Positions 7,123 through 16,864 of a stretch of 35,619 nt of DNA are shown piece by piece. The DNA lies in NCBI GenBank assembly GCA_945890595.1, contig CAMDCQ010000002.1, forward strand, positions 1 to 35,619. Direction: 5' to 3'. The notes under the pieces were generated by a model. It was not told the DNA's origin. It was given only the letters and a program-made list of their open reading frames with translations, and did no database searches. The stretch is from Chitinophaga pinensis (lineage in GTDB: Bacteria > Bacteroidota > Bacteroidia > NS11-12g > UBA9320). The translations under genes and the position numbers were made by a program. Each line of letters begins with the position of its first letter. Positions within the stretch are counted from its first letter, which is position 1.

Positions 7123-7261
7123 CCTATTTTATAAATTTTCTGATTCAATTATACTGACACACTGCTCATTCGTTTCAAAATTTGCAGGAAATTATACTCT
7201 CGTGTATTATCTATCCCCAGGAACAATGATTTAAATGAGTTTAAACGTATGAATTACGCAG

Positions 7262-7606
7262 TCAAATCTCGAGTTCCCAACACAAGCCAAATTCATCTAC
7301 TAATTTCTTTTGTTGAATAGACGCATCATAAATCCCATTGGTTATGTTCATCTTGATTGTGTCCACCTCAGTAAATAGGTGTATGAGCTCATAAACATCA
7401 GTAACGCGATGCGATTTGCATATCGCCGCAATATTCTGGAGTAACGTTGCGTGATCACCAATGGGAGGCGTATAGTATGTTCGCGCTTGTAGATCTAGTA
7501 TAATGTGTACCAAAAAAGCAGGTTTATAATCCTTCCAATTACAAAGTATTTCCAGTAATACAGCCGGTTCAATAAGGTGAAGTGTATTTTGATTTAAGTG
7601 CTTCAT
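7262..7606 (-). CDS. Hypothetical protein (114 aa)
   Basis: This is the only long ORF in its region and has balanced composition. I recognise no motif. Confidence 0.55.
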   Translation of the reverse strand: MKHLNQNTLHLIEPAVLLEILCNWKDYKPAFLVHIILDLQARTYYTPPIGDHATLLQNIAAICKSHRVTDVYELIHLFTEVDTIKMNITNGIYDASIQQKKLVDEFGLCWELEI

Positions 7607-7777
7607 TTCTGTATTACAATACTATTTCGTGAGCGGGTTAATTATAGCTAATTTACAAGAAATCATAGTTTCACTTTATTTTAGAATAGCGTCACGATTA
7701 GCAATAAATTCAACCTTAAGAATTTAGCTTGTATTTAAGTTACATTCAAAAAATGAAACCTACGAATAGAGAATAAC

Positions 7778-8233
7778 CTAGTTTCTTACGTAAAGTGAAT
7801 TGCCGCTTTGGCTCACTTTGTATGTTTTTAAGTTACAGCGAGCAGGACCTGTAAGTACAGTGCTATTAAATGAAAATGTAGAAGCGCAGCAGGATATAAA
7901 ACCAGTGTCAGACTCGGTTCCACAGCGCAATTGGAGCGTTTTAGGATTCAATTGTATCTGCGAGCATTCTCGCTCAGACTCATAGGTACATGTCCTTTCT
8001 ATTGCGTAATAGAGATCATCGTAGTTATGTATCAAATAGATTCCTTTATTGCCTTGATTGATAACGATGTACTCTCCTAAGTTACGAAGATTATAGTATT
8101 CAGGTAACTCCATGTTTATAGTACTATTTACGGAGGCATCTGGCACAAAACAATCTCCAGCATAGGGGTTTTCATCTTTGCAAGCTGGCAAGGTAAAGGA
8201 GAAGACTAGTAGAACGAATAGAACTTTTTTCAT
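7778..8233 (-). CDS. Lipoprotein with degenerate Rieske-like fold pattern
   Basis: The lipobox is FSFTLPAC. The C-terminal pattern IYLIHNYDDLYYAIERTCTYE ... CCASTFSFNSTVLTGPARCNLKTYKV resembles Rieske-domain strands (CxH ... CxxH ... GPA), but the His ligands are absent. Confidence 0.7.
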   Translation of the reverse strand: MKKVLFVLLVFSFTLPACKDENPYAGDCFVPDASVNSTINMELPEYYNLRNLGEYIVINQGNKGIYLIHNYDDLYYAIERTCTYESERECSQIQLNPKTLQLRCGTESDTGFISCCASTFSFNSTVLTGPARCNLKTYKVSQSGNSLYVRN

Positions 8234-8235
8234 TT

Positions 8236-9072
8236 CTAGTAGGTATAAAATCCTTTTCCTGTTTTTCTTCCAAAGTAACCTGCTTGCACTATCTTTTGCT
8301 GAATTCGATTGGGTCTAAACTTAGAATCGTAATTAAATAGCTCGTACATAGATTGGGTAACAGAAAGATTAGTTTCTACACCTATAAGATCCATCAGCTC
8401 AAAAGGACCCATTTTAAAACCACTAGCACGCACTAGATCATCTATCACCTCGTAGCTGGCTACATTTTCTTCTGCTAGTTTGAGACCCTCTACATAAAAA
8501 TGTCGGGCTACTCTATTCACGATAAAACCGGGAGCATCCTTGGCAACAATACAGGTTTTGTGGACACTCGTTACGTAGTCTTTAGCAATTTTCAATACTT
8601 CGGGTGAGGTTTGTTCTGCACTTATTACCTCTACTAATTTCATGATATGTGCAGGATTAAAGTAGTGTATTCCAACGACTTGCGTTGGATACGCAAAGTT
8701 AGCTGCAATTTGTGTTAGCGGAATGGATGAAGTATTTGAAGCGTAAACAGTAGTAGGTCCATTTAGTTCTGCTAATTGGGAAAGGACGTTTACTTTCACC
8801 TCCAATTTTTCGACAATAGCTTCTATAATCAGATCTACATGTACATCGGTAATTTTATTGGAGTAGTGCAAATTCGCATGTGTTGCAGCAACGCTTTCTG
8901 CATTTATTTTACCCAGCTCGAGCGCTTTTGAAAGATTAGCGGCGATGCTTGCTTTTGCAGTTTGTAAAACGTCATCGTTAATTTCAAAAAGCACTACTTG
9001 ATGACCTGCAGACGCAGATACTTGTGCTATACCGCGACCCATTACTCCAGCGCCTATTATTCCTACTTTCAT
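8236..9072 (-). CDS. 3-hydroxyacyl-CoA / 3-hydroxybutyryl-CoA dehydrogenase
   Basis: It has the N-terminal Rossmann motif MKVGIIGAGVMGRGIA and a 3HCDH-type C-terminal domain (GFIVNR, PFELMDLIG). The start is moved to ATG 9072 so the GxGxxG motif is N-terminal; the track ORF extends to 9108. Confidence 0.9.
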   Translation of the reverse strand: MKVGIIGAGVMGRGIAQVSASAGHQVVLFEINDDVLQTAKASIAANLSKALELGKINAESVAATHANLHYSNKITDVHVDLIIEAIVEKLEVKVNVLSQLAELNGPTTVYASNTSSIPLTQIAANFAYPTQVVGIHYFNPAHIMKLVEVISAEQTSPEVLKIAKDYVTSVHKTCIVAKDAPGFIVNRVARHFYVEGLKLAEENVASYEVIDDLVRASGFKMGPFELMDLIGVETNLSVTQSMYELFNYDSKFRPNRIQQKIVQAGYFGRKTGKGFYTY

Positions 9073-9169
9073 TGCTGCTAATATCTCGGTTTTATCGTTA
9101 TAAATCAAATAGTATGGACAAAACCATAAGAATTAAAGCATGGATATCTAGCCGAAGCGATTTAGAGGT

Positions 9170-9910
9170 CTATTTTCGCTTGTATCCAGTTGGTATGCTG
9201 AAAGGGAAGGTAGCTATGGTATTGTCACTTATGGTTTGGTAGTTAAGTACTACTTTTAAATCTTGAGTTTTCTGTTTTACAGCCAGATTAACAATGGTAG
9301 GCACAAGATTATTATTCAAATTTTGATAGGCATCATATTGAATAACAGCATTTTGAGTAGTATCCTGCGTCGTCAATACAGAGTGGTGGGTTCTGTTTTT
9401 TTCATTTACGGTAAGACGATTAATTGCAATGCCATCTGTACCAACTAGTTGTTTGATTTCCGGCTGGTAACGGTATTTATCAGATTGAAACACCGCATTG
9501 CCCAGTAGAAGGTTTTGAACTTGCAATAGTGTTGCTTTATAGCCTAGGTACTGATAAAGGTAATTATTATCGTATGCCATATATTCTTGATTAAGCGAAT
9601 TAATCATAAAGAAACTATCCTTTGTAATAAGTACGGTTGCTCCTATGCCAAACATACTCACTTTAGCCCAAAGTAAACTGTCTTTTTTCATTTTTAGGTG
9701 CAAGGCTAAGTTGGTATTCTTTCCATCCATCACTAAAGTAGCTTTACCTCTAGCTTCAAAATAATCTTCGTGATATTGATTTTCCCAAAATTTTTGAATG
9801 CTTTCAGGAGTTTGAGTAGGCATTGTTTCTGCTACCATTTTGGCTGATTTGCACCCCGAGGCGATACTAAAAAAGGTAAGGAGTAATAGGGTTGTTAGTT
9901 TATTTGACAT
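9170..9910 (-). CDS. DUF4292-like (LolA-fold) lipoprotein
   Basis: Starting at ATG 9910 gives MSNKLTTLLLLTFFSIASGC, a lipobox. This start overlaps the stop of the upstream TPR gene by 11 nt. The TPR plus DUF4292 pairing is typical of Bacteroidota; the family call is from memory. Confidence 0.7.
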   Translation of the reverse strand: MSNKLTTLLLLTFFSIASGCKSAKMVAETMPTQTPESIQKFWENQYHEDYFEARGKATLVMDGKNTNLALHLKMKKDSLLWAKVSMFGIGATVLITKDSFFMINSLNQEYMAYDNNYLYQYLGYKATLLQVQNLLLGNAVFQSDKYRYQPEIKQLVGTDGIAINRLTVNEKNRTHHSVLTTQDTTQNAVIQYDAYQNLNNNLVPTIVNLAVKQKTQDLKVVLNYQTISDNTIATFPFSIPTGYKRK

Positions 9911-11573
9911 TAAAGAGGTCGATTTTAGATTGCATTTCATTGGCCATAGTTTGATTACCCATTTCCAAAAATATTTCTTTTGCGTGGCGATAGTATTCTG
10001 GGTTTGCGGAATCAATTTCCATACATTGGTCTAATAATTTGAGTGCAGATGGATACTCTTTTTTAGCAAAGAATATCCATGCTTTGGTATCCAAGAAAAA
10101 TGGATTCTTAGGTTCTAATTTTAAAGCAAGTTCTATAAGTGAATCTGCTTTAACTAACTTTTCTTTTCGATTGGCTAAACTATATGCATAATTATTGAGC
10201 ACGACGCTGTTGTACGGACTGATACTTAGAATATTATCAAAAATTTGATCCGACTTCCCGTGGTTATTTAATTTTTGGTAAGCGGATGATTGACAGAGCA
10301 ATAAATCTATTTTTTCATTTTTATCCAATGCGATTTCTAAACCTTCTTCCGTAATACTTAAGGCTTGGTAATATTCTTGTTCGTTGATCAGAGCATATCC
10401 AATTTGGGCGTACAGCCGAGTAACATTGGGAAATAAGTCGAGCGCCTTTTTGGCGTCTTCTAGCTGAAGCGCAGTATTTCCAATGCGCTCATCTATGCTG
10501 ATTAGTTTGCTCCAAAGTTTGTAGTCGCTTCGGTCTTTGTCAAGGGCCTTGAGGCTGTATTCACGAGCGAGTGTAAAGTTGCCCATTGTGCCTTCAATAT
10601 CTGATTTTAGAATAAGAGGCTCTGGCGCGTTGGGATAAGTATTTAATAGAATATCAGAGAGTTCTGTGGCTTCTAGTAGTTTGGAAGAGTCCGTTTTGAT
10701 GACTAAAAAGTAGGTACTGATGGCTTGCAGTTTTTGAACCAAATCGAGATCTTGGTGCTTGAAGGCTTCTTTTAGGTTTGCAAAAGCAAGCTTTTCATTC
10801 AGCATATCATGGTATAGTTTAGATAATGCGTAATATGCTTTTCCGCTAGTTGGATCTATTCGCAGGATATCATTTAGCGTCTCAATGGCCTTTTCTGTTT
10901 TTCCTGCATTTTGATATGCTTCCGATAAGTATCCTTTGTATTGTATGTCATTCGGGAAATGTTCAGCAAGTTTTTCCATCTCTAAAACAGCTAATTCTGA
11001 CTTCCCCATAGCTGAATAAACATATTCTAATCGGGTAGAAGATTCGGGTTCAATACCAAACCTTTCTTGCATTTTTTTCAAGTAAATAACGGATTGATTA
11101 TAGTTTTTGGCATTGAAATACTGCCCTGCAGCTTCGGTGTAGTTTTGCTTTTCGTCAGGTTCTTTGTTCACCATTTGGGCAAATACATTGGCGCTTTCGG
11201 TGTATTTGCCGTACTTGCTGTAAAACTGTCCCAATTGTCCTGAATACCAATGATTGTATGGACTTTGTAAGACGGATTTCTCAGCCCAATACAAAGCTTC
11301 GTTCGATTTATTGGCCTGATGATAAAGTTTTGCAAGCTGGTACATCGTAGCATGACTTTTAGGGTCAAGTACTATTGCTTCGTGATACAGCCTTAGCGCA
11401 TTCTCTTTGTTGTTCAGTACCTTTTGCTTGTTGGCTTCGTAGTACACAGTTTCAAAAGCTTCTTTTTGTTTGTAACCGTTTTCTGAGGAGGTTTGTGTAG
11501 AAAAGGAAATGGATTTGCAACCTACGGCTGCAAGTAAGAAAAGAGCTAAAGTTATGTGTACCGTTTTAATCAA
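9900..11573 (-). CDS. Tetratricopeptide-repeat lipoprotein
   Basis: The lipobox is LLAAVGC. The 557-aa protein carries many 34-aa TPR-like units (e.g. ALRLYHEAIVLDPKSHATMYQLAKLY). Confidence 0.85.
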   Translation of the reverse strand: MIKTVHITLALFLLAAVGCKSISFSTQTSSENGYKQKEAFETVYYEANKQKVLNNKENALRLYHEAIVLDPKSHATMYQLAKLYHQANKSNEALYWAEKSVLQSPYNHWYSGQLGQFYSKYGKYTESANVFAQMVNKEPDEKQNYTEAAGQYFNAKNYNQSVIYLKKMQERFGIEPESSTRLEYVYSAMGKSELAVLEMEKLAEHFPNDIQYKGYLSEAYQNAGKTEKAIETLNDILRIDPTSGKAYYALSKLYHDMLNEKLAFANLKEAFKHQDLDLVQKLQAISTYFLVIKTDSSKLLEATELSDILLNTYPNAPEPLILKSDIEGTMGNFTLAREYSLKALDKDRSDYKLWSKLISIDERIGNTALQLEDAKKALDLFPNVTRLYAQIGYALINEQEYYQALSITEEGLEIALDKNEKIDLLLCQSSAYQKLNNHGKSDQIFDNILSISPYNSVVLNNYAYSLANRKEKLVKADSLIELALKLEPKNPFFLDTKAWIFFAKKEYPSALKLLDQCMEIDSANPEYYRHAKEIFLEMGNQTMANEMQSKIDLFNVK

Positions 11574-12582
11574 TACGTTGTGTGCTGAAATCGCCTATGC
11601 TTATTTCATTGGCTGTACCATCATACTCAGCCTTATTACCAATCATGGAGTTGGTTAGATTGGCATTTCGTATGGTGCTGTACGTTTGTATAATACTGTT
11701 GTCGATAGTGCTGTTCTCTATAACGGTATTGTTGCCTATCGAAACATAAGGTCCAATTTTACTATGGGTTAATATTACATTTTCGCCAATAAAACACGGT
11801 TCTATAATTTCAGATCCATTGTTGACTAAAGTATCGGAAATTAATTTCTCCGTAGAATTTGCAAGAACGCGCTGGTTTGTATGCACAGTTGCGTTTTTAT
11901 TTCCGCAATCCCACCATTCTATTACTTTACCAGGAGTAAATTTAGCTCCTTTGTTTTTCAAGGTATCTAAAGCATTGGTTAGTTGATATTCACCTTTTTC
12001 AGTGATATTATTATCCAACAGGTATTCTATTTCTGTTCTTAAGGCTTCCCCATTTTTAAAGTAATAAATACCGATAATGGCCAAATTGGATTGTGGATTT
12101 TCTGGCTTTTCGACAAAGTCTTCAATAATGCCATTAGCGTCTAATTGTACCACACCAAATGCACGCGGATCTTCTACTTCTTTTACCCATACCGTGCCGT
12201 CTACTGTTGCATCTAACACAAAGTCTGCTCTAAAAAGTGTATCGGCAAAAGCTACAATTACATTTCCAGTAAGTGCTTGCTTAGCCATATAGATAGCATG
12301 TGCAGTTCCTAGCGCTTCTTCCTGAATATTAATAGAGCCTTTAGCGCCTAGTTTAGCAGCAACTTCTAGCAGGTTTTTTTGAACCTCTTTACCAAAGAAT
12401 TGTTCGTTAGGCCCAATTACAAAGGCTATTTCTTCAAGTGGTTCGTTTACTACTTTTGCAATGTCTTCTACTAGACGTTGCACTATTGCCTTGCCTGCCA
12501 CGGGAACTAGTGGTTTTGGAACAGTAAGTGTGTGTGGTCTCAACCTACTACCTATACCTGCCATTGGGATGATGATATTCAT
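11566..12582 (-). CDS. Sugar-phosphate nucleotidyltransferase with C-terminal hexapeptide-repeat domain
   Basis: The N-terminus IIPMAGIGSRLRPHTLTVPKPLVPV matches the GxGxRL NTP-transferase motif. The C-terminus has left-handed beta-helix repeats (IGENVIL.., IGPYVSIG.., IENSTI..). Confidence 0.85.
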   Translation of the reverse strand: MNIIIPMAGIGSRLRPHTLTVPKPLVPVAGKAIVQRLVEDIAKVVNEPLEEIAFVIGPNEQFFGKEVQKNLLEVAAKLGAKGSINIQEEALGTAHAIYMAKQALTGNVIVAFADTLFRADFVLDATVDGTVWVKEVEDPRAFGVVQLDANGIIEDFVEKPENPQSNLAIIGIYYFKNGEALRTEIEYLLDNNITEKGEYQLTNALDTLKNKGAKFTPGKVIEWWDCGNKNATVHTNQRVLANSTEKLISDTLVNNGSEIIEPCFIGENVILTHSKIGPYVSIGNNTVIENSTIDNSIIQTYSTIRNANLTNSMIGNKAEYDGTANEISIGDFSTQRID

Positions 12583-12599
12583 GCTATATTCTTAAATTA

Positions 12600-13034
12600 T
12601 TATTTTCCTGTATGTCCGTAGCCTCCAGATCCTCTCTCGGTTTCATCTAGGCTATCGGTTATTTTAAATGCTACTTGTTCGTATTTATTAATCACCATTT
12701 GAGCAATACGATCTCCATTATATATGGTAAATGCTTCTTTTGATAGATTTATTAATGCTATTTTTAGTTCACCACGGTAATCGGCATCTATGGTTCCCGG
12801 TGTGTTTATTACGGTTATTCCATGTTTGAAAGCCATGCCACTTCGAGGGCGAATCATTGCTTCGTATCCCTCGGGCAAAGCCATATATAATCCGGTTCCT
12901 ACCAAAACACGACCCATAGGTTCTATCTCTATCGGGCCTTCAAGAAAAGCCATCAAATCTACTCCGGCAGCTTGTTTTGTCTGATAAGTTGGCAGCGGAT
13001 TGTTGCTTGTATTTATGATAGAAAGTTCGATCAT
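12600..13034 (-). CDS. dut: dUTP diphosphatase
   Basis: The classic dUTPase motifs are present: AAGVDL, IRPRSG, GTIDADYRGE and RGSGGYGHTG. Confidence 0.95.
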   Translation of the reverse strand: MIELSIINTSNNPLPTYQTKQAAGVDLMAFLEGPIEIEPMGRVLVGTGLYMALPEGYEAMIRPRSGMAFKHGITVINTPGTIDADYRGELKIALINLSKEAFTIYNGDRIAQMVINKYEQVAFKITDSLDETERGSGGYGHTGK

Positions 13035-14479
13035 TCGTCAGGCAAATTTACGTTTTTCGTACTTAAAATGAGTTGATAACCTACTAAAGCATATACAATA
13101 AGCGAAATCAGATTGACAATAACTTTCATTGCACCACTTAGAAACAAGAACTCTGTGCCAAAATATAGTCCTATGGCAAGCATTATCATTCCTATAATGT
13201 GCCAAGTATGATAGGCAACTGGATAAAATTTTTGACCTAAAAAATAACTCAATATGGCCATAACAAAGTAAGCGATTAACGTTGTAATTGCAGCGGCCAA
13301 AAATCCATAAATAGGCACATAAATGACTAAAAGTGTAATGGTTATAGCAGCACCAATCAATGAGATTCCTGCACCTAGCTTGGTTTGATTGTTGAGCTTA
13401 TACCATATACTCAAGTTAAAAAATATGCCAATAAACATATTAGCAAGTAGTAAGATAGGTACTATGGTTAGTGCATCGGGATGCTGATGAAATTCTTCAT
13501 TGGCGATCAAAGCCCTCGCTATCTCTCCTTTAAAAGAGGAGGTAAATAAAAAGATTGCTCCACAAGCGAATACAAACCAATCCATAATTTGTATATACGA
13601 TTTTTTGGCATCTGACTTATTTGCTTGTGCAAAGAAGAAAGGCTCTACGGCGTACCTAAATGCCTGGATAAACAAGGTCATGAGCATACTGAGTTTGTAG
13701 AAAGTGCCATATACCCCTATTTGATACGAAGCCTCGCTTTCGGGAAGTAGTTTTCTCATGGCAAGCCTATCAAATGTTTCGTTTACCATTCCTGCAAAAC
13801 CCAAAATAATAAGTGGCCAAGAATAGGCAAACATCTTTTTCCATAGCTCCATATTCGGTTTGCCAAAATGCTTGAAGATGTCTGTGGTCAACAATAAAAA
13901 CTCAATCGCACTTGCTATTAAATTCGCAATAAATACATAAATAATATTTCGATCTACTCCCATTATATCAGGATAGTAAACCACAAAAAAGATATTGAAA
14001 ACTACATTTAATACGATCCCCGTACTTTTGATAAAAGCGAATTTTTTTGCCTTATTCAAATACCTTAAAAGAGCATATGGAATGGATTTAAGTACATCTA
14101 TTGCTAAAATAACAGTAAAAAGCACAACATAATCAAGGTTATTGGGATACCCAACAAACCGACCAACACTTTGCGTATTTAGGAGCATTAGTCCAATAAA
14201 GAATGCCAGTACAATGAGAAGAGAAGACATAGCGGTTGCAAAAACGTCTTTGTATTCTTTTTCAATTCTAGAAAAATTAAAGAATGCGGTTTCCATGCCG
14301 TGTGGAAGTACTACAAAAAAGAAAGCAGCATACGCATAAAACTCTATTTGTGGCGCGAGAAGCGATGGTGTAAAGTAAGCAGCAAAAAAGAAGACTAAAA
14401 TAAAGTTAATAGACCTGCCCACGATACTAGGTATACCGTATATGGCCGTATCACTGGCTAGTTTTTTGAGAATACTCAT
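13031..14479 (-). CDS. Polysaccharide/oligosaccharide flippase (MOP/Wzx-like) membrane protein
   Basis: The 482-aa protein is highly hydrophobic with roughly 12-14 TM segments. It has a 4-nt overlap with dut. Confidence 0.8.
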   Translation of the reverse strand: MSILKKLASDTAIYGIPSIVGRSINFILVFFFAAYFTPSLLAPQIEFYAYAAFFFVVLPHGMETAFFNFSRIEKEYKDVFATAMSSLLIVLAFFIGLMLLNTQSVGRFVGYPNNLDYVVLFTVILAIDVLKSIPYALLRYLNKAKKFAFIKSTGIVLNVVFNIFFVVYYPDIMGVDRNIIYVFIANLIASAIEFLLLTTDIFKHFGKPNMELWKKMFAYSWPLIILGFAGMVNETFDRLAMRKLLPESEASYQIGVYGTFYKLSMLMTLFIQAFRYAVEPFFFAQANKSDAKKSYIQIMDWFVFACGAIFLFTSSFKGEIARALIANEEFHQHPDALTIVPILLLANMFIGIFFNLSIWYKLNNQTKLGAGISLIGAAITITLLVIYVPIYGFLAAAITTLIAYFVMAILSYFLGQKFYPVAYHTWHIIGMIMLAIGLYFGTEFLFLSGAMKVIVNLISLIVYALVGYQLILSTKNVNLPDE

Positions 14480-14523
14480 ATAGGTTACAAAGCTAACAGA
14501 TGCTGGTTACGGCTATTCACACT

Positions 14524-16827
14524 TTATTTTGACTTGTCTAATGTGTAGGATATTTGCATTCTAACAGAGCGTGGTGCACCCAAGTCAGCTGGACGCGTAG
14601 CGTACTCTACATTGGCTAAGTTGCTGATTAACAGGTTTAATTTCCATAGGTTATTTAGTTCATAACCTATTCGCGTGTTAATTAGAACATATTCTGTAAG
14701 TCTCTTATCTATAGACTCTTGTATCCCCGGAATAAAGAAAGGTAGTATGCCAGTGGTAAATGCGGCATCTATGTTTTTTACGACACTTTGATACGTTATA
14801 CCTGCTCCTAGGTTCCACTTTTTGTAACTCAGCATAATATCCGCTTTGGCTAGGTGTTTAGGTCGGTACTTAAGCTCATATCCCAGGGTGTCAGAACTGG
14901 TATTTAAGTAGGTATATTGATTCCCGTTGATATCCGAACCAATGCTTTTGTTGGGTTCAAGTGCTTTGGAAGCCGCGTAGGTGTAACCCATAAAACCTTG
15001 AATATCAAACGAATTAGCTTTTTTCTGAAACGCTATATTGAGTTCACCGCCACGAACCCTTGTTTTTCCGATGTTTAACGTTTTAAAACCAGCACCAAAG
15101 CTAGGCGGGTTTGGATTACCCCATTGCGCAAAGGTAAACTCCATCATTTGGTCAAACTGCATTTGAAATCCCGCGACATCAATCATCATCTGCAGGCCGT
15201 TTAGTGATAAACCTTGTTTTAAACCAAGTTCAAGATTATTGCCACTTTCAGAGTTAAGATTAGGATTGGGAAAAATAGTAACGGGCCCAACGGATGTTTT
15301 AATGTACGACTCAGCTATGCTTGGGAACCTGTATCCCTGTCCAAAACTGCTTCTTAAATAGGTAAACGATGCTATTTTATAATTTAAACCTGCGCGATAA
15401 ACAGGCTTACCTTCTGAACGATTATTAAGTTTAAATTGCTCATAACGAGCACCTAAGGCTATTGACAATCGCTTCCAAGACTTTTCAGACTGAACGTAAG
15501 CAGCATAATTGGTTGCTGTGTTATTTCCGCCATACAACGGAGATTTTGAAACGGTATTTATGCTAACCAAACCACTTGTTATGTATAGATTGTGTGGAGC
15601 AATGGTGTACTTTGATTGATATTCAGCATATACTAAATTAGAGCTATTGTCCTGATTAGTAGTTGGATCCTTGTTATCTACTTTATTGTTTATGTTTAGA
15701 TATCGTGTATTTAATGAATGACTAAATTTTCCTTTGTTCCACGTTAAATAAGGGTCAATGCTAAACCGTGACACTTGATTATCTGTAGTAGAACTATCTA
15801 ATGCGGTATATCCTAGATCATACGAGTGCCAAAGTAAAAAACTTCCAGAATTTCCTTGTTGATAGGTGGTATTAACACCATAAACCAAATTTTTATCTGC
15901 GATTGTTTTTCGAAGCCCAAGTGTGCTTCTGATTCGCTTATCATAGTCACTCATTTTATAGCCTTCGTCATGGAGTGCGTTTAATCCAAATGTGACGCCA
16001 AGTCCCTTGTATGTGCTGGCATGATAAGCTGAAAAATTTGAAACGGTATTTCTTTTATTCCCTTGGTAATGAAGAGATTCTCTCTGAGGAAGGTCGTAAA
16101 ATCCTGATGAAATGGTGACTTGAGTATAGGGATTGAGTGTTGGCTTTTTAGTTTTTAAATTGATAACGCCATTCAACGCAGAACTACCATAAATAACGGA
16201 ACTGGCTCCTTTTATTATTTCTATGCCATCTATACCTTCGGTAGGTAAAAAATTCCAAAGAGGCTGACCGGCATCCCCGCTTAGCATTGGCACACCATCT
16301 ATAAGTACCTGGACACGTGAACCTGCTCCATAACTCCAACCACTTCCGCTGCGGATAGTAGGTTGGTTATCAACAACCTGTACCCCATTTATTCTACCTA
16401 TGGTTTCTTCTATATTAGTTGGAGCGGTGTTTCCTATGAGTTCGGGTTTTATTATTTCAAGTGAAACAGTTGCGTTTTTGAGTTGTGATTCTCGTTTGTT
16501 TTCAGATACCACAATGGCATTAAGCAAACCTGCGGCTTCGTTTAAGATAACCTCATTAATATTTTCATTCACGTTGGGAATTATCAATACAGATTCAAAT
16601 CCAATGTGATTTACCTTAACTTCTAGTAGGGTAGAATAAAATTTGAACGCTCCGTTTTCATTACTTATGGCGATTATTTTGTTGTCTGTTGGTGACACAA
16701 ATTGAACGCCTATCAATGGTTGATTGGCGAAGTCTTTAACCGTTCCAAAATACTGAAATGAATTTTGAGAATAGCAGCTAATACTAAAAAGCAATAATAG
16801 GGCTTGTATGATTAGTCGGGTAGGCAT
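14524..16827 (-). CDS. TonB-dependent outer-membrane receptor with carboxypeptidase-regulatory-like N-terminal domain
   Basis: It has a signal peptide and a CarboxypepD_reg-like segment (GTVKDFANQPLIGVQFVS). A plug region follows (VQVLIDGVPM, IEIIKGASSVIYGSSALNGVINL), then a long beta-barrel. ATG 16827 is preferred over the track GTG at 16842. Confidence 0.9.
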   Translation of the reverse strand: MPTRLIIQALLLLFSISCYSQNSFQYFGTVKDFANQPLIGVQFVSPTDNKIIAISNENGAFKFYSTLLEVKVNHIGFESVLIIPNVNENINEVILNEAAGLLNAIVVSENKRESQLKNATVSLEIIKPELIGNTAPTNIEETIGRINGVQVVDNQPTIRSGSGWSYGAGSRVQVLIDGVPMLSGDAGQPLWNFLPTEGIDGIEIIKGASSVIYGSSALNGVINLKTKKPTLNPYTQVTISSGFYDLPQRESLHYQGNKRNTVSNFSAYHASTYKGLGVTFGLNALHDEGYKMSDYDKRIRSTLGLRKTIADKNLVYGVNTTYQQGNSGSFLLWHSYDLGYTALDSSTTDNQVSRFSIDPYLTWNKGKFSHSLNTRYLNINNKVDNKDPTTNQDNSSNLVYAEYQSKYTIAPHNLYITSGLVSINTVSKSPLYGGNNTATNYAAYVQSEKSWKRLSIALGARYEQFKLNNRSEGKPVYRAGLNYKIASFTYLRSSFGQGYRFPSIAESYIKTSVGPVTIFPNPNLNSESGNNLELGLKQGLSLNGLQMMIDVAGFQMQFDQMMEFTFAQWGNPNPPSFGAGFKTLNIGKTRVRGGELNIAFQKKANSFDIQGFMGYTYAASKALEPNKSIGSDINGNQYTYLNTSSDTLGYELKYRPKHLAKADIMLSYKKWNLGAGITYQSVVKNIDAAFTTGILPFFIPGIQESIDKRLTEYVLINTRIGYELNNLWKLNLLISNLANVEYATRPADLGAPRSVRMQISYTLDKSK

Positions 16828-16864
16828 ATCTTCGTTTTGCACAAATATATTTAAACGAATCAGT

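Noticed and set aside
1493-7777. Classical tRNA-integrated genomic island or prophage (integrase plus direct repeat of the tRNA 3-prime end)
   Set aside because: There is no integrase, recombinase or phage-like ORF. I found no copy of GGTTCGATTCCTTCTGAGACCA at the distal side by eye. Only the degenerate full-length tRNA-like copy at 1742-1815 exists.
9024-10034. Plus-strand ORFs 9024-9242, 9263-9448 and 9840-10034, and the long N-terminal extensions of track ORFs (9108, 10015, 16808, 33988, 5816)
   Set aside because: The plus-strand ORFs are antisense to the dehydrogenase and lipoprotein genes. The extended starts would bury the Rossmann motif or the signal peptides internally, so I chose internal ATGs that restore N-terminal GxGxxG or signal/lipobox sequences.
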